From: a bacterium | GTDB lineage: Bacteria; Krumholzibacteriota; Krumholzibacteriia; G020349025 | DNA length: 64,000 nucleotides | Assembly: GCA_031362565.1 (NCBI GenBank) | Contig: JANLSU010000107.1 | Coordinates: 1-64,000, forward strand | Reading direction: 5' to 3' | Shown here: in pieces, positions 10,271-20,257 of the stretch | Layout of the letters: every line of letters starts with the position of its first letter | How positions within the stretch are numbered: the stretch's first letter is position 1 | The notes under the pieces: generated by a model | What the model saw: only the letters and a program-made list of their open reading frames with translations | What the model was told of the DNA's origin: nothing | The model's database searches: none | Position numbers and translations under genes: made by a program

Positions 10271-12820
10271 TTAACGATGTGGCGTCGCGGGAGCACTGTC
10301 CGGGCCAACGCCGCCGGTGAGCGGTCGTCTACCGAGCAGCGGCTCCACAAGGTGTGCCTTGACGGCATTCAAATAGTCACGCAGTGCGTGGTCGCCCGGT
10401 TTGAGTGTTTCGTATTGCTGGACGGCCTGTTCGGCACTCGCCGCCTGGCCCATCTCCCACAGTACCTGCACGAAGTATTCTTGGACGTATTCCTGGTCCG
10501 GACGCCGCACTGCGAGCGCCCGCAAGCGCGTCAGGCCTTCCTCCTCGCGGTACGAGGCAAAGAGCCCCTGCACGACCTGGAACTCCCAGCGATCGTCGCC
10601 CGGGTGTTCCTTCACTTGCCGCTCGTACATTTCGAGCGCTTGCTGGGAACGCCCTTCCTTGATGTACAACGCGCCGAGCTGCGCGTACAGCACGTCGAAG
10701 TCGGGAGAGATCTCCAGCGCCTGGCGATAGTTCGTTTCGGCCTTGTCGTAGAGCGCCATGCGCTGCGTCTCGTCCAGGGTGGAATCGGCCCGCTCTTCGG
10801 CATGCTGGGCGACACGGATGAAGGCGCCGGCATAGTTCTGCACCAAATTCGTCTGGTTTTCGTCGCGATAGATGCTGTCGTCGCGCTTGAAATCGGCGGT
10901 CAGCAGGCCATCGTACCGGTACACGTGGCGGGCGTTCTGCTCGATCTTGTCATAGTCCTTGCGATCCTTGCCCTTGGTATCGGTGACGCGGTACACGAGC
11001 CCCTCGAGAACCAGGTAGTCCTCGACATCGCGCACCCCTTCGCGCGGGATGGTGACGGCGAAGTAGATGGGACGCTTGCCGAAGTTGTCGCGCACGATCT
11101 GGCGCACTGCGATGTCGCGTGGCTGCACGATCCTGCCGTCACGGTCCTGGTACCCCTGCAGGTTGGCGATCTGATCGTCGGTCCAGTTGATGGCAACCTT
11201 CGGCTCGTTGTACTTGAGCTGGTGAATGTACCAGGGCGTGTTGAGCAGGCTCAGGTTGCAGACCCGGACATCCTTGCGGAAGCCCTCCACCTCCTGCTGG
11301 TACCAGAGCGGGAACGTATCGTTGTCGCCGTTCGTGAAGATGATCGCATTGGGCTCGAGCCCCGCGAACATGTTGTAGCCGTACCCCCACGGCACGCGCT
11401 CGCCGGTGCGGTCGTGCTCGAAGTGGTAGCGCTTGTAGAGCATGCCGGTCAGCCCGAGAAGCAGCGCCACGCCGGCAATCGAGCCGACGAGGTCGATCCG
11501 CAGGCGCCGCTCGCCGGGCCGCGCCAGGAAAAACCAGTCGAGGAGCGCCGCCGCGCCCGTGCCGATGAAAATCCCGAAGAAATAGAACGCCGCGGAATAA
11601 AAGTAGTCGCGCTCCCGCACCTCCGCCTGCACGCCATGCGCACCATCGGAAAAGTTGAGGAACAGGATCAACCCGAAGCTGCAGACCAGAAAAGTCACGA
11701 AGATGAGCAGGAAGCCGCGCTTCTCGGCCTTGAACATGGACCACATGCCGGCGAGGCCGATCAGGATCGGGAAGAGCGCCAGGCGCTGGCCGGAGATCCC
11801 GCCGCCCGGCTTGACCAGCTCGTATTGCTCCTTGAAGTAGCGCCAGAAGTGGTCGATGAACTGGAAGTGCCAGCTCCCCTTGCGAGCGAACATGTCCCCC
11901 GGCGGGTACTGATCGCGGCGAATCACCGCCAGCAGATTGCTCCAAGTCTCCGGATCCGCCTCGTCGATGGCCGGCTGGTGGGCGGAGCGAATCAACAGGA
12001 AGAGATGGATGGTGATTCCGAGGACGAAGAGCCCGGTCGTGACCGGCACGAAACGGTTCTTGGAGGCCGTGCGCACCGCGAAGGCGATCGCGAAGAGCAG
12101 CAATGCGAGCGCTGCCGGCGGCCCCTGGAATTTGAGATTGACGTAGAACAGGAAGAGGAAGAATCCGAACGAGAAAATGACCAAGTCGCGGTCCTGGAAG
12201 GCCTTCTTGCGAAACGTCAGGCAGTAAAGCGCGATCGCCGGATACGTGAGTACGGTTCCCAAGTGGAATCCGACGCCCAGCGACAGGAGATAAACGACGA
12301 GATAGATGTCGCGGGTGCGGGACGGCGACGCCGGGTCCCGGCTCCACCGCCGCGCCAGAATAGTCGTCACGCCCATGACAAAGGAACTGATGGCATAGAC
12401 CTCGGCTTCGACGCAGTTCGTCCAGTAGGTGTTGCTCCAAGCGGTGAACAGGGCACCCACGAGCCCGCAGCCGTAGATCACCACCCGGTCGACGTTCGTC
12501 TTGGGGGCGCCGCGGCGCTCGCGAATGAAATCGACGATCAGAATGAAGAGCACCGCGATGCCGAGGGCACCAAAGAGCGCCGACATCATGTTGATTTTTT
12601 GGGCCACGGCGATCGGCAGCGGCAGCAGGCTGAAGACCCGCCCGAGCACGACGTAGAGCGGTGTCGCCGGCGGATGCGGAATCCCCAGCGAGAATGCCGT
12701 CGCGATGAACTCGCCGCAGTCCCAGAAACTGGTCCGGCCGCCCATGGTTTCCAAGTACGCGACGAACGTCACGAGGAAGAGCCCAAGCGCGGTGCCCAAA
12801 TAGATGCGGCGTTCGCTCAA
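10271..12820 (-). CDS. DUF2723 / TMEM260-like GT-C membrane protein with C-terminal TPRs
   Basis: SFWDCGEFIATAFSLGIPHPPATPLY, VEAEVYA, EVRERDYFY, FTNGDNDTFPLWYQQEVEGFRKDVRV, TPR-like tail. TTG start after GGAGG. Confidence 0.88.
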   Translation of the reverse strand: MSERRIYLGTALGLFLVTFVAYLETMGGRTSFWDCGEFIATAFSLGIPHPPATPLYVVLGRVFSLLPLPIAVAQKINMMSALFGALGIAVLFILIVDFIRERRGAPKTNVDRVVIYGCGLVGALFTAWSNTYWTNCVEAEVYAISSFVMGVTTILARRWSRDPASPSRTRDIYLVVYLLSLGVGFHLGTVLTYPAIALYCLTFRKKAFQDRDLVIFSFGFFLFLFYVNLKFQGPPAALALLLFAIAFAVRTASKNRFVPVTTGLFVLGITIHLFLLIRSAHQPAIDEADPETWSNLLAVIRRDQYPPGDMFARKGSWHFQFIDHFWRYFKEQYELVKPGGGISGQRLALFPILIGLAGMWSMFKAEKRGFLLIFVTFLVCSFGLILFLNFSDGAHGVQAEVRERDYFYSAAFYFFGIFIGTGAAALLDWFFLARPGERRLRIDLVGSIAGVALLLGLTGMLYKRYHFEHDRTGERVPWGYGYNMFAGLEPNAIIFTNGDNDTFPLWYQQEVEGFRKDVRVCNLSLLNTPWYIHQLKYNEPKVAINWTDDQIANLQGYQDRDGRIVQPRDIAVRQIVRDNFGKRPIYFAVTIPREGVRDVEDYLVLEGLVYRVTDTKGKDRKDYDKIEQNARHVYRYDGLLTADFKRDDSIYRDENQTNLVQNYAGAFIRVAQHAEERADSTLDETQRMALYDKAETNYRQALEISPDFDVLYAQLGALYIKEGRSQQALEMYERQVKEHPGDDRWEFQVVQGLFASYREEEGLTRLRALAVRRPDQEYVQEYFVQVLWEMGQAASAEQAVQQYETLKPGDHALRDYLNAVKAHLVEPLLGRRPLTGGVGPDSAPATPHR

Positions 12821-12878
12821 CGCGACCTCCTGCGGACAGGAGAGGGGCACGGGCCGCGGGATGCGGCGCCCGGGCGGT

Positions 12879-13886
12879 TCATGCGCCCACCGGCTCGGCC
12901 TGCGGGCCGCGCGGCCGGCCGAGTAGAAGAACGGCGCCACCGAGGCTTGCAGCGACGGTCAAGAAGGCGGTCACGGCCAACAGGGTCACGGCTTCCTCGC
13001 CGGCGTGGCCAAGCGGCGCGAAGAGCGCCACTCCGGCCCATTCACGCACGCCCCAACCGCCGAACGAAATCGGTAACGAGATGAGGAGTCCCAGGATCGG
13101 GATCACCAGGAAGAACTTCATGAAGTCGGTCGGGGTCAACGACCAACCCATCGCCAAGCCGACGCAAAAGTGCGCCACAACCCGTCCCGCTTGCACGACG
13201 AGTGACACCAGGAACGCGCCACCCAGCACGCCTTGCCGGGCGCGGTATTCCTGCACTTGGCCCGTCAAACGCTGCAACCTTCCCGCCCAGCGGCCGATCG
13301 GCAGTCGGCCGATCCGGCGCTCGAGCCACGCGCCACCCTTCGGATGCAGAACAAGCGCCGCCACCGCCATCACCGTGACGCTGAAACCCGCGATCAGCAG
13401 GCTCTGTTCCGCCGGGATGTGCCCGTGCGGCAGCGCTGCCGCACTCGCCACGAGCGCCAGCGCGCAGAGAGCCGAAAGGCCGACCAAACGGTCGACGATC
13501 GTGGCGCCCGCAACGCGCGACACCGTGCCCACGTCGCGGCCTACGGTGTACACCTTGAACACGTCGCCGCCGACGCTGCCGAGCATGAAGTTGTTCAAGA
13601 ACAGCCCGATGACATACGCCCGAAGGATCGACCCGAAGCCGGGATCGATGCCGGCGGACCGCAGGATCCAGCCCCACTGTACGGCGCCCAAGAGATTGCT
13701 CACCACGATGAGGCCGAACGGGAAGAGGAGCGCCGCGACGTGCGTCCCGGCCAGTTCGGCCCGCAACTCGGCAAGCGAAAAGCGGCGCACGATCAACAGG
13801 AGCAACGTGGCGCTCACCGCGAGCTTCAGCAGCCCCCAGCGCCATCCACCCCGGGGGCTCGGCTGACTGTCTTCGCGAGCGGACAT
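12879..13886 (-). CDS. Lysylphosphatidylglycerol-synthase TM domain (flippase-like) protein
   Basis: KLAVSATLL, GLFLNNFMLGSVGGD, DRLVG, LPISFGGWGVRE. Confidence 0.88.
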   Translation of the reverse strand: MSAREDSQPSPRGGWRWGLLKLAVSATLLLLIVRRFSLAELRAELAGTHVAALLFPFGLIVVSNLLGAVQWGWILRSAGIDPGFGSILRAYVIGLFLNNFMLGSVGGDVFKVYTVGRDVGTVSRVAGATIVDRLVGLSALCALALVASAAALPHGHIPAEQSLLIAGFSVTVMAVAALVLHPKGGAWLERRIGRLPIGRWAGRLQRLTGQVQEYRARQGVLGGAFLVSLVVQAGRVVAHFCVGLAMGWSLTPTDFMKFFLVIPILGLLISLPISFGGWGVREWAGVALFAPLGHAGEEAVTLLAVTAFLTVAASLGGAVLLLGRPRGPQAEPVGA

Positions 13887-13930
13887 TGGGCGATTCTAGA
13901 GGCGGGGTGCTTGGACTGACAAGCCCGCGA

Positions 13931-15106
13931 TCAGGTTCGAGGGGGGCGCAGCTCGGTTTGCGAAAGCGGGGTCTCGGGCTCGAAGGGCGGTCCCCCGAAC
14001 GCGGCGATCGCCATACGGAGAACGCGCTCTGTCTGGACAGCGGCATCTTCCCATTTGAAGCTGGCGGCCCAGACGCGCGCCCGCGCCGCATAGGCCGCAC
14101 GCATCGCATCGTCGCGCAAGAGTTCCAAAGCCGCAGCGGCAAACGCCGCCGCGTCGCCGTACGGGACGAGAATTCCGGTGTCCCGATCGCGCACCGAATC
14201 GACGAGCCCCGGCCGGCGCGCCGCCACCACCGGGACCCCGCACGCGTTCGCCTCGACCACCGTCAACCCCCAGCCTTCCTTGGGACTGCAGTTGAAGGCC
14301 ACATGACTCTGCCACAGGAGGTCCACTTTGTCGGCGTGCGACACGTGGCCGCGGAAATCGACCGCCGCTTGGATGCCAAGTTGTGCCGCGAGACGTTCGA
14401 GGCGCGGGCGGTCCGGTCCATCGCCCGCGACCACGAGCCGCGCCGCCGGCAACTCGCGGCGCACGAGCGCGAACGCCCGGACCGCGGTCTCGGCGCTCTT
14501 GTAGCGCATCAGGCGGCCGAGATGAACGAGTGTCGGCTGAGCGGCGCGCGGCGGCGGCGCCGCCATCTGGTAGAGATCGAAATCCAAACCATTGTGCACG
14601 ACGGTGGCACGATCGGCGCGCAGGCCGCGCCGCAAGAGATCGAGGCGCGTCGAATCGCTGGTGGGCAGCGTGAAGCAATCGCGGTACACGGCGCGGATCG
14701 GCCGCTCCATCAAGAAGACGTAGGCCGCAAAGAGCGGGTTCGCCTCGCGGAAAATGGTCGCGCCGAACAGGTGCGGCACCAGCACCGCAACCGGGACTCG
14801 AACCACGAGCGGGGTGAAAAATGGGATCTTGTTGACGTCTTCGAGCACGATGTCCCAGCGGCCCGTCGCACACTCGCGGCGCGCTTCGTTCTGGAGCACG
14901 AAGTTGGCGTTCCACCAACTGCCGTGGCGGCGAACGCGCACGCCACGAATCTCGGTTTCGTGCCCGGCGCCCGGGAAACCCGACGCCAGCAACAGGACTT
15001 CGTGGCCGCGCCGCACGAGCCCCTCGGCGACGCGATGAATCTGCACCTCGGCGCCGCCGGCGAGGGGGCTTTCGTTGTCGCGCCAGTTGAGGATCAGAAT
15101 GCGCAA
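13931..15106 (-). CDS. Glycosyltransferase family 4
   Basis: NWRD...AGGAE, LGRLMRYK, KEGWGLTVVEANACGVP. Confidence 0.9.
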   Translation of the reverse strand: MRILILNWRDNESPLAGGAEVQIHRVAEGLVRRGHEVLLLASGFPGAGHETEIRGVRVRRHGSWWNANFVLQNEARRECATGRWDIVLEDVNKIPFFTPLVVRVPVAVLVPHLFGATIFREANPLFAAYVFLMERPIRAVYRDCFTLPTSDSTRLDLLRRGLRADRATVVHNGLDFDLYQMAAPPPRAAQPTLVHLGRLMRYKSAETAVRAFALVRRELPAARLVVAGDGPDRPRLERLAAQLGIQAAVDFRGHVSHADKVDLLWQSHVAFNCSPKEGWGLTVVEANACGVPVVAARRPGLVDSVRDRDTGILVPYGDAAAFAAAALELLRDDAMRAAYAARARVWAASFKWEDAAVQTERVLRMAIAAFGGPPFEPETPLSQTELRPPRT

Positions 15107-15110
15107 CGCG

Positions 15111-15872
15111 TCACTCCTTGCGCGCCACGCAACCGATGTTCATCCCAAAGTAGAGCGGCAGCGCGGTCGAGGCCAGTCCGTCCCGCAGGCGCTGCAGCGC
15201 CGGGCCGACGACGGGCACCGTGGGTTGTTTGGGCAAGCGCACGCCGTGGCGCAAGAGCATCTTGCGGCCGACGCGATAGAACAGATTCGGCACGCACCAG
15301 TCACCGTATTCGTGTTCGGGATGCAAGCCGACCGAGCGCACCAGAGCGCGCAATTCGCCAATCGAGAACTCAGTTTCCCAGCCCGCAAACCATTTGTCGG
15401 CGGCAATCAGCGCGTGCTTGAGCGGCGTGTAGTAGTGCCAGCGCTGTGGCACATCGACGAGCAGGATGCCGCCCTTCTTGAGGACCCGGGCGTTTTCGGC
15501 GAGCAGCGGCCGCGGTTCGCGAAAATGCTCGAGCAACCCCTGATGGAAGACGGCGTCGAACGTGCCGTCCCGAAACGGCAGGCCGAACGCATCACCGCAA
15601 ACGCGGACCAGCCGGTCGCCATCGGGCTGGCGCGCGATGAGCCGCAGCGCCGATGGGGTGTAGTCGACGACCCACACTTCGGCGCCGCGTCCCACGAGTT
15701 CCAAGCTGTCGCGCCCGGATCCGGCGCCGACCTCCAGGATGCGCGCACCGCGCGGCTCGAAGCCGTGCCCGAGTGCCGCCAACACCCGGCCCCCGGTGTC
15801 ATAAACGTCGTCGATGGTGTGCGACTCGTCCCAGAAACTTTCCCAATGGTGCTTTTCGGAACTGCGGGTCAC
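15111..15872 (-). CDS. Class I SAM-dependent methyltransferase
   Basis: ILEVGAGSG, GDAFGLPFRDGTFD, GLLEHF, RVLKKGG. Start overlaps the nusB stop. Confidence 0.85.
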   Translation of the reverse strand: MTRSSEKHHWESFWDESHTIDDVYDTGGRVLAALGHGFEPRGARILEVGAGSGRDSLELVGRGAEVWVVDYTPSALRLIARQPDGDRLVRVCGDAFGLPFRDGTFDAVFHQGLLEHFREPRPLLAENARVLKKGGILLVDVPQRWHYYTPLKHALIAADKWFAGWETEFSIGELRALVRSVGLHPEHEYGDWCVPNLFYRVGRKMLLRHGVRLPKQPTVPVVGPALQRLRDGLASTALPLYFGMNIGCVARKE

Positions 15873-16294
15873 GGAGGAGTGCCGCCTCCGGCGGTGCGCG
15901 CTTTGGCGATGCGGTCCAGTACGCCGTTCACGAAGCCACCGGATTCATCGGTCGAGAACTTGCGCACGATGGCCACGGCCTCATCGATGACGACCGCCAC
16001 GGGGATATCGTCGAAGAACAGGAGTTCGGCGGCGCCCAGTTGAAGCACACAGCGGTCCACCATGGCGACACGCTCGTACGACCAGTTCTCGAGCGCGCCG
16101 ACGAGGGTGGCCTGCACGGCGTCGCGATTCTCCACCACGGCACGCACCAGGCGCTCGGCGAAGGCCAATGCGGTCGGCGACGCGTGGCGGCGCAGCGCGT
16201 TATCCGCCAAGGGACGCGGCCAGGCCTCGCCGGTCTGGTCCATCTCGTAGAGCGCTTGCACGGCGACTTCGCGCGCCAATCGGCGATCGCTCAC
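15869..16294 (-). CDS. nusB: Transcription antitermination factor NusB
   Basis: [26 protein letters not shown]; directly after ribH. Confidence 0.95.
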   Translation of the reverse strand: MSDRRLAREVAVQALYEMDQTGEAWPRPLADNALRRHASPTALAFAERLVRAVVENRDAVQATLVGALENWSYERVAMVDRCVLQLGAAELLFFDDIPVAVVIDEAVAIVRKFSTDESGGFVNGVLDRIAKARTAGGGTPP

Positions 16295-16815
16295 GCGCGC
16301 CTCCGGCTTGCGGCGCCACGCACCGCTGTCCGCGCCGGGCCGCCACTGCCACGCATCGCCCGCAGCACCTGCACCATTTCAATCGCGGCCTGCGCCGCAT
16401 CCCAGCCCTTGTTGCCGGCCTTGGTCCCCGAACGCTCGACCGCTTGCTCGAGGGTGTCGGTGGTCAGGACGCCGAACGTCACCGGCACACCAGTCGCGAG
16501 CGCCACGTGTGCCACGCCCTTGGTAATCTCACCGGCGACCAGGTCGAAGTGCGGCGTCGCGCCCCGAATGACGGCTGCGATGCACACGACCGCATCGTAG
16601 CGGCCGCTTTCGGCTGCCACCTTGGCGGCGAGCGGCACTTCGAAACTGCCGGGCACGCGCACGACGTCCAGATCGTCCGGCCGTGCGCCGTGGCGCTGCA
16701 AGCAATCGATGGCGCCGCCCAGCAGCTTGTCGGTGAACAACTCGTTGAAGCGCGCGACGACGATCGCGACCTTCAGGCCGCGCGCGTCGAGTGCGCCTTC
16801 GTACACCGGTGGCAT
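16291..16815 (-). CDS. ribH: 6,7-dimethyl-8-ribityllumazine synthase
   Basis: [33 protein letters not shown]. Confidence 0.97.
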   Translation of the reverse strand: MPPVYEGALDARGLKVAIVVARFNELFTDKLLGGAIDCLQRHGARPDDLDVVRVPGSFEVPLAAKVAAESGRYDAVVCIAAVIRGATPHFDLVAGEITKGVAHVALATGVPVTFGVLTTDTLEQAVERSGTKAGNKGWDAAQAAIEMVQVLRAMRGSGGPARTAVRGAASRRRA

Positions 16816-16838
16816 GATTCCCCTTCCCGTGTTTGCGT

Positions 16839-18047
16839 TCAGAGGCCTTCGAGCAAATGGCCCAGTCGGTCGCGTTTAGTTTTCAAATAACGCCGCGATT
16901 GCTCGTTCGCCGGCACTTGAATCGGCACCCGCTCGATGACTTGCAGCCCGTAGGCAGAAACTCCCACCAGCTTCTTCGGGTTGTTGGTCAGAATGCGAAT
17001 CTTCACGAGCCCCAGGTCGGACAGAATCTGGGCGCCGATTCCGTAGTCGCGCAGGTCGGCCGGAAACCCGAGCTTGCGATTGGCGTCGACGGTATCGAGG
17101 CCTTCCGAATCTTGCAAGTGATAGGCGCGGATCTTGTTCGCGAGGCCGATCCCACGGCCCTCTTGGCTCATGTAGAGAAAGACGCCATGGCCGTACTCGG
17201 CGATCTGCCGCAACGCCTGGTCGCGCTGCGCGCCGCAGTCGCAGCGCAGCGAACCCAGGATATCGCCGGTCAGACACTGCGAATGCACGCGCACGAGCGG
17301 CGCCGGATCGAGATGCGGCGTGCCGCAAACGACGGCGGCGTGGGTCGCGTCTTCGAAGTCGGCTTCGTAGATATGAATCGTGAAGTCGCCGAAGCGCGTC
17401 GGCAACTCAGCCGACGCCGCGCGCCGCACGAGCTTTTCGCGCTGGCGGCGGTAGGCGATCAAGTCCTGCACGGTGATGATCGGCATGCCGAATTGTTGCG
17501 CCATTTCGTGCAAGCGCGGCAAGCGCGCCATGCTACCATCGTCGTCCAGCACTTCGCACAAGACACCGGCCGGGTACAGGCCTGCCAGGCGCGCCAAGTC
17601 GACGGCCGCTTCGGTGTGGCCGGCGCGGCGTAGAACGCCGCCTTCGACGGCGCGCAGCGGAAAGATGTGGCCCGGCCGCGCGAAGTCCTCCGGATGGGTG
17701 CCGGTGCGCGTGAAGGCCAGAATCGTCTGGGCGCGATCGGCGGCCGAAATTCCCGTCGTGGTGCCGTGTTTGTAGTCGACGGCAACCCCGAACGGTGTGC
17801 CGTGCAACGAATCGTTCTTTGGCGTCATCGGGCCGATTTGCAGTTCATCGAGGCGCGGTGCAACGGTCGAGACGCAAATGAGGCCGCGCGCGTTCTTGGT
17901 CAAGAAGTTGATGTGCTCGGCCGTGACGCTGTCGGCGGCACACACCATGTCGCCCTCGTTCTCGCGGTCTTCGTCATCGACGACGATGACGAACCTGCCC
18001 GTGCGCATGGCGTCGAGCGCGCGTTCGACCGGATCGAAGGTGTTCAC
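16839..18047 (-). CDS. ribBA: Bifunctional DHBP synthase / GTP cyclohydrolase II
   Basis: [59 protein letters not shown] overlap with the upstream gene. Confidence 0.97.
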   Translation of the reverse strand: MNTFDPVERALDAMRTGRFVIVVDDEDRENEGDMVCAADSVTAEHINFLTKNARGLICVSTVAPRLDELQIGPMTPKNDSLHGTPFGVAVDYKHGTTTGISAADRAQTILAFTRTGTHPEDFARPGHIFPLRAVEGGVLRRAGHTEAAVDLARLAGLYPAGVLCEVLDDDGSMARLPRLHEMAQQFGMPIITVQDLIAYRRQREKLVRRAASAELPTRFGDFTIHIYEADFEDATHAAVVCGTPHLDPAPLVRVHSQCLTGDILGSLRCDCGAQRDQALRQIAEYGHGVFLYMSQEGRGIGLANKIRAYHLQDSEGLDTVDANRKLGFPADLRDYGIGAQILSDLGLVKIRILTNNPKKLVGVSAYGLQVIERVPIQVPANEQSRRYLKTKRDRLGHLLEGL

Positions 18048-18703
18048 GCCGGGCCTCCCCCGAAAGCGCGCTGCAGTTTGTCCCAAGTGATCGCCGGGCC
18101 GCCGGACTCGGCCGCGCCTGCCAAGAGGTGCGCCACGTACCGGCCCAAGATGTCCGTCTCGACGTTCACCGCGTCGCCCGGCCGCAAGCGGTGGAGCGCC
18201 GTGTGCTCCCAAGTGTACGGGATCAGAAAGAGTTCGAATCGTCCCGATTCGACCCGCGGCCCGACGGTCAGGCTGACTCCATCGATCGCGATGCTACCTT
18301 TGGGGACGACGAACGGCCGCAAATGCTCCGGCACCTCGATTTCCAGCACCCAGGTCCGGCCTTCCGAGCGCGCCGCAGTGACTTGGCCGCGACCGTCCAC
18401 GTGGCCCAGAACGATGTGGCCGTCGAAACGGCCGTCGGCCCGGAGCGCCCGCTCCAGGTTGACGAGCCCGCCCGGGCGCAGGCTGCCGAGGGTCGTCTGC
18501 CGCAGCGTTTCGGCTTCGGCCGCCACCCGGAAGCCGCCCGGCTCGGCATCAAGGACGGTCTGGCAGACACCCGAAACCGCAATGCTCGCGCCCGGCCGCA
18601 GACCCGCAACGACAGAATCGGCGCGAATCGTGAGCACGACCCCGTTGTCGCGCGGCTCGACGGCCGCCACCGTGCCTACCGTTTCGATGATCCCTGTGAA
18701 CAT
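18044..18703 (-). CDS. ribE: Riboflavin synthase (alpha chain)
   Basis: MFTGIIE, VNLERAL, GHIVLGHVDG, KGSIAIDGVSLTV, VNVETD. Called ribC in E. coli nomenclature. Confidence 0.96.
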   Translation of the reverse strand: MFTGIIETVGTVAAVEPRDNGVVLTIRADSVVAGLRPGASIAVSGVCQTVLDAEPGGFRVAAEAETLRQTTLGSLRPGGLVNLERALRADGRFDGHIVLGHVDGRGQVTAARSEGRTWVLEIEVPEHLRPFVVPKGSIAIDGVSLTVGPRVESGRFELFLIPYTWEHTALHRLRPGDAVNVETDILGRYVAHLLAGAAESGGPAITWDKLQRAFGGGPA

Positions 18704-19824
18704 TAGATCTCCGGTACGACGGCCGGGTGCACCCAGATTTCGAGGTCGTCTTGATCGAGGACCACGCTCCCCGCGAGCTGGGTCTGGGACGAGATCTTGG
18801 CCCATGAATCCGCTGCAGTCCACTTTAAACCAGCGAGTTGCAGCGTTTGATTCCGGTATACATAGAAGCGATCCCACAAATCGGCTTGTAGGAACGACCG
18901 ATGCGTTTGGCCGCCACCCTCGACGAGCAAGCTCGTAAGCCCGAGCGCCACGAGCGCCTCCTGCAATGCGGCCAGATCGAGGCCCGCGCCGCGGTCCGGC
19001 AGAACCACGAGATCGGCGGCCTGTTCGAGCCCGGGCTGCCGACGATCGCGCGCCCCTCGTCTGCACAATAGCACCGGACGCGCCTCCCCCGGCCGGAGCC
19101 ATGCCGGGTCGCTCCGGAGGTCCGGGTCGAGGACGAGGCGCCGCGGCGCGCGGCCCGGGCCGTCGTAGAGCCGCCGGTCCAGTCGCGGCTGGTCGCGGCG
19201 CAGGGTCTCAACGCCGATGAGCACCGCATCGAGCCCGGCGCGCAGGCGATGCGCATGGCGCCGGGCCGCAGGTCCGGTGATGGCGACGGGGCTGCCGTCG
19301 GCAGCGGCGATGCAGCCGTCGGCGGAGAGTGCCGCTTTGAGTGCGATGAACGCCCGGCCACGCCGCTGGCGCGCGATGAAGACGTGGTTGAGTTCGGCGG
19401 CGGCCTCGGCTCGGCAGCCGACGTCGACTTGCAGACCCGCACCGCGCAACCGTTCGATGCCGCGGCCCGCGACGCGGTGATCCGGGTCGACGTGCGCAAC
19501 GACAACCCGGCGCACCGGCGATTCAAGGATGGCGTCGACGCAGGGCGGCGTTCGCCCGTGATGCACGCACGGCTCGAGGTTCACATACAGAGTCCAGGTG
19601 CGCTCATCGCCCGCCGTTGCAGGAAAGCGCAAACGCGCCGCGTCGAGCGCCTGCGGCTCCGCATGCGGCAACCCCGCCGCGTGATGGAATCCGCTGCCGA
19701 TCGCGACACCCTCGCGCGCGACGACCGCCCCGACCAGCGGATTGGGAGCCGTTTCCCCGTACGCCCGAGCCGCAAGCTCGAGCGCCTGGTCCATGAACAT
19801 GCAATCGAGGTTCGAGTCACGCAT
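18703..19824 (-). CDS. ribD: Bifunctional riboflavin deaminase/reductase
   Basis: PNPLVGAV, HAE, NLEPCVHHGRTPPC, LLVEGG. ATG at 19824 chosen as start. Confidence 0.95.
   Translation of the reverse strand: MRDSNLDCMFMDQALELAARAYGETAPNPLVGAVVAREGVAIGSGFHHAAGLPHAEPQALDAARLRFPATAGDERTWTLYVNLEPCVHHGRTPPCVDAILESPVRRVVVAHVDPDHRVAGRGIERLRGAGLQVDVGCRAEAAAELNHVFIARQRRGRAFIALKAALSADGCIAAADGSPVAITGPAARRHAHRLRAGLDAVLIGVETLRRDQPRLDRRLYDGPGRAPRRLVLDPDLRSDPAWLRPGEARPVLLCRRGARDRRQPGLEQAADLVVLPDRGAGLDLAALQEALVALGLTSLLVEGGGQTHRSFLQADLWDRFYVYRNQTLQLAGLKWTAADSWAKISSQTQLAGSVVLDQDDLEIWVHPAVVPEI
19787..19823. repeat. Direct repeat copy 1 (5' end of ribD)
   Basis: TGGTCCATGAACATG-CA-ATCGAGGTTCGAGTCACGCA; 35/37 identical to 24726-24762. 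Confidence 0.9.
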
Positions 19825-20052
19825 CTCGAAGCTACGATACAGTGCGCGGCGCCGAAACGGCACCTAGACTTGCAGGCCGCTCGCCGCCTTCCTCCCCCGT
19901 CACACGGCACAAGTGCACCGGCGCGTCCGTTCTCCGTTCATTGGTGTCGCGGGCACTGACGTGCGCTGTGAACGGATCGGACAGGACTGAAGCTGGAAAG
20001 CCGCACCAGAGCCACGCCGGGGTGGAACCAATCCTGATGTGGTACCCCGGGC

Positions 20053-20130
20053 ATGCAGCCCGTGGCACCGACTGCCTACCGTCCACGCCGCCCCCACGAT
20101 TCACCGCTCTTCAAGCTGGTGCAAGATCGC
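20053..20130 (+). pseudogene. Possible relic of an IS91-family transposase N-terminus
   Basis: MQPVAPTAYRPRRPHDSPLFKLVQD resembles the YRxRRPExxxLYxLVQxH start recalled for IS91-like transposases; similarity stops abruptly. Preceded by a CCGGGGT...ACCCCGG hairpin. Confidence 0.45.
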
Positions 20131-20257
20131 GCTCGTTTGCGTGACCCAGGGTACGCGGGATCAGCTTCTCGCGCCAGCCTTGCTACCGTTTTGCTAGCCT
20201 CTCGATCTGTGTCATCGCCGAGCGACCGCCGGGTCGGGAACCGGTCGTCCCTGCGAG

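Noticed and set aside
19825..20250. FMN riboswitch upstream of ribD (also looked upstream of the displaced copy near 24770-25000)
   Set aside because: The conserved FMN aptamer motifs could not be found on the minus strand by eye; an Infernal search would settle it.
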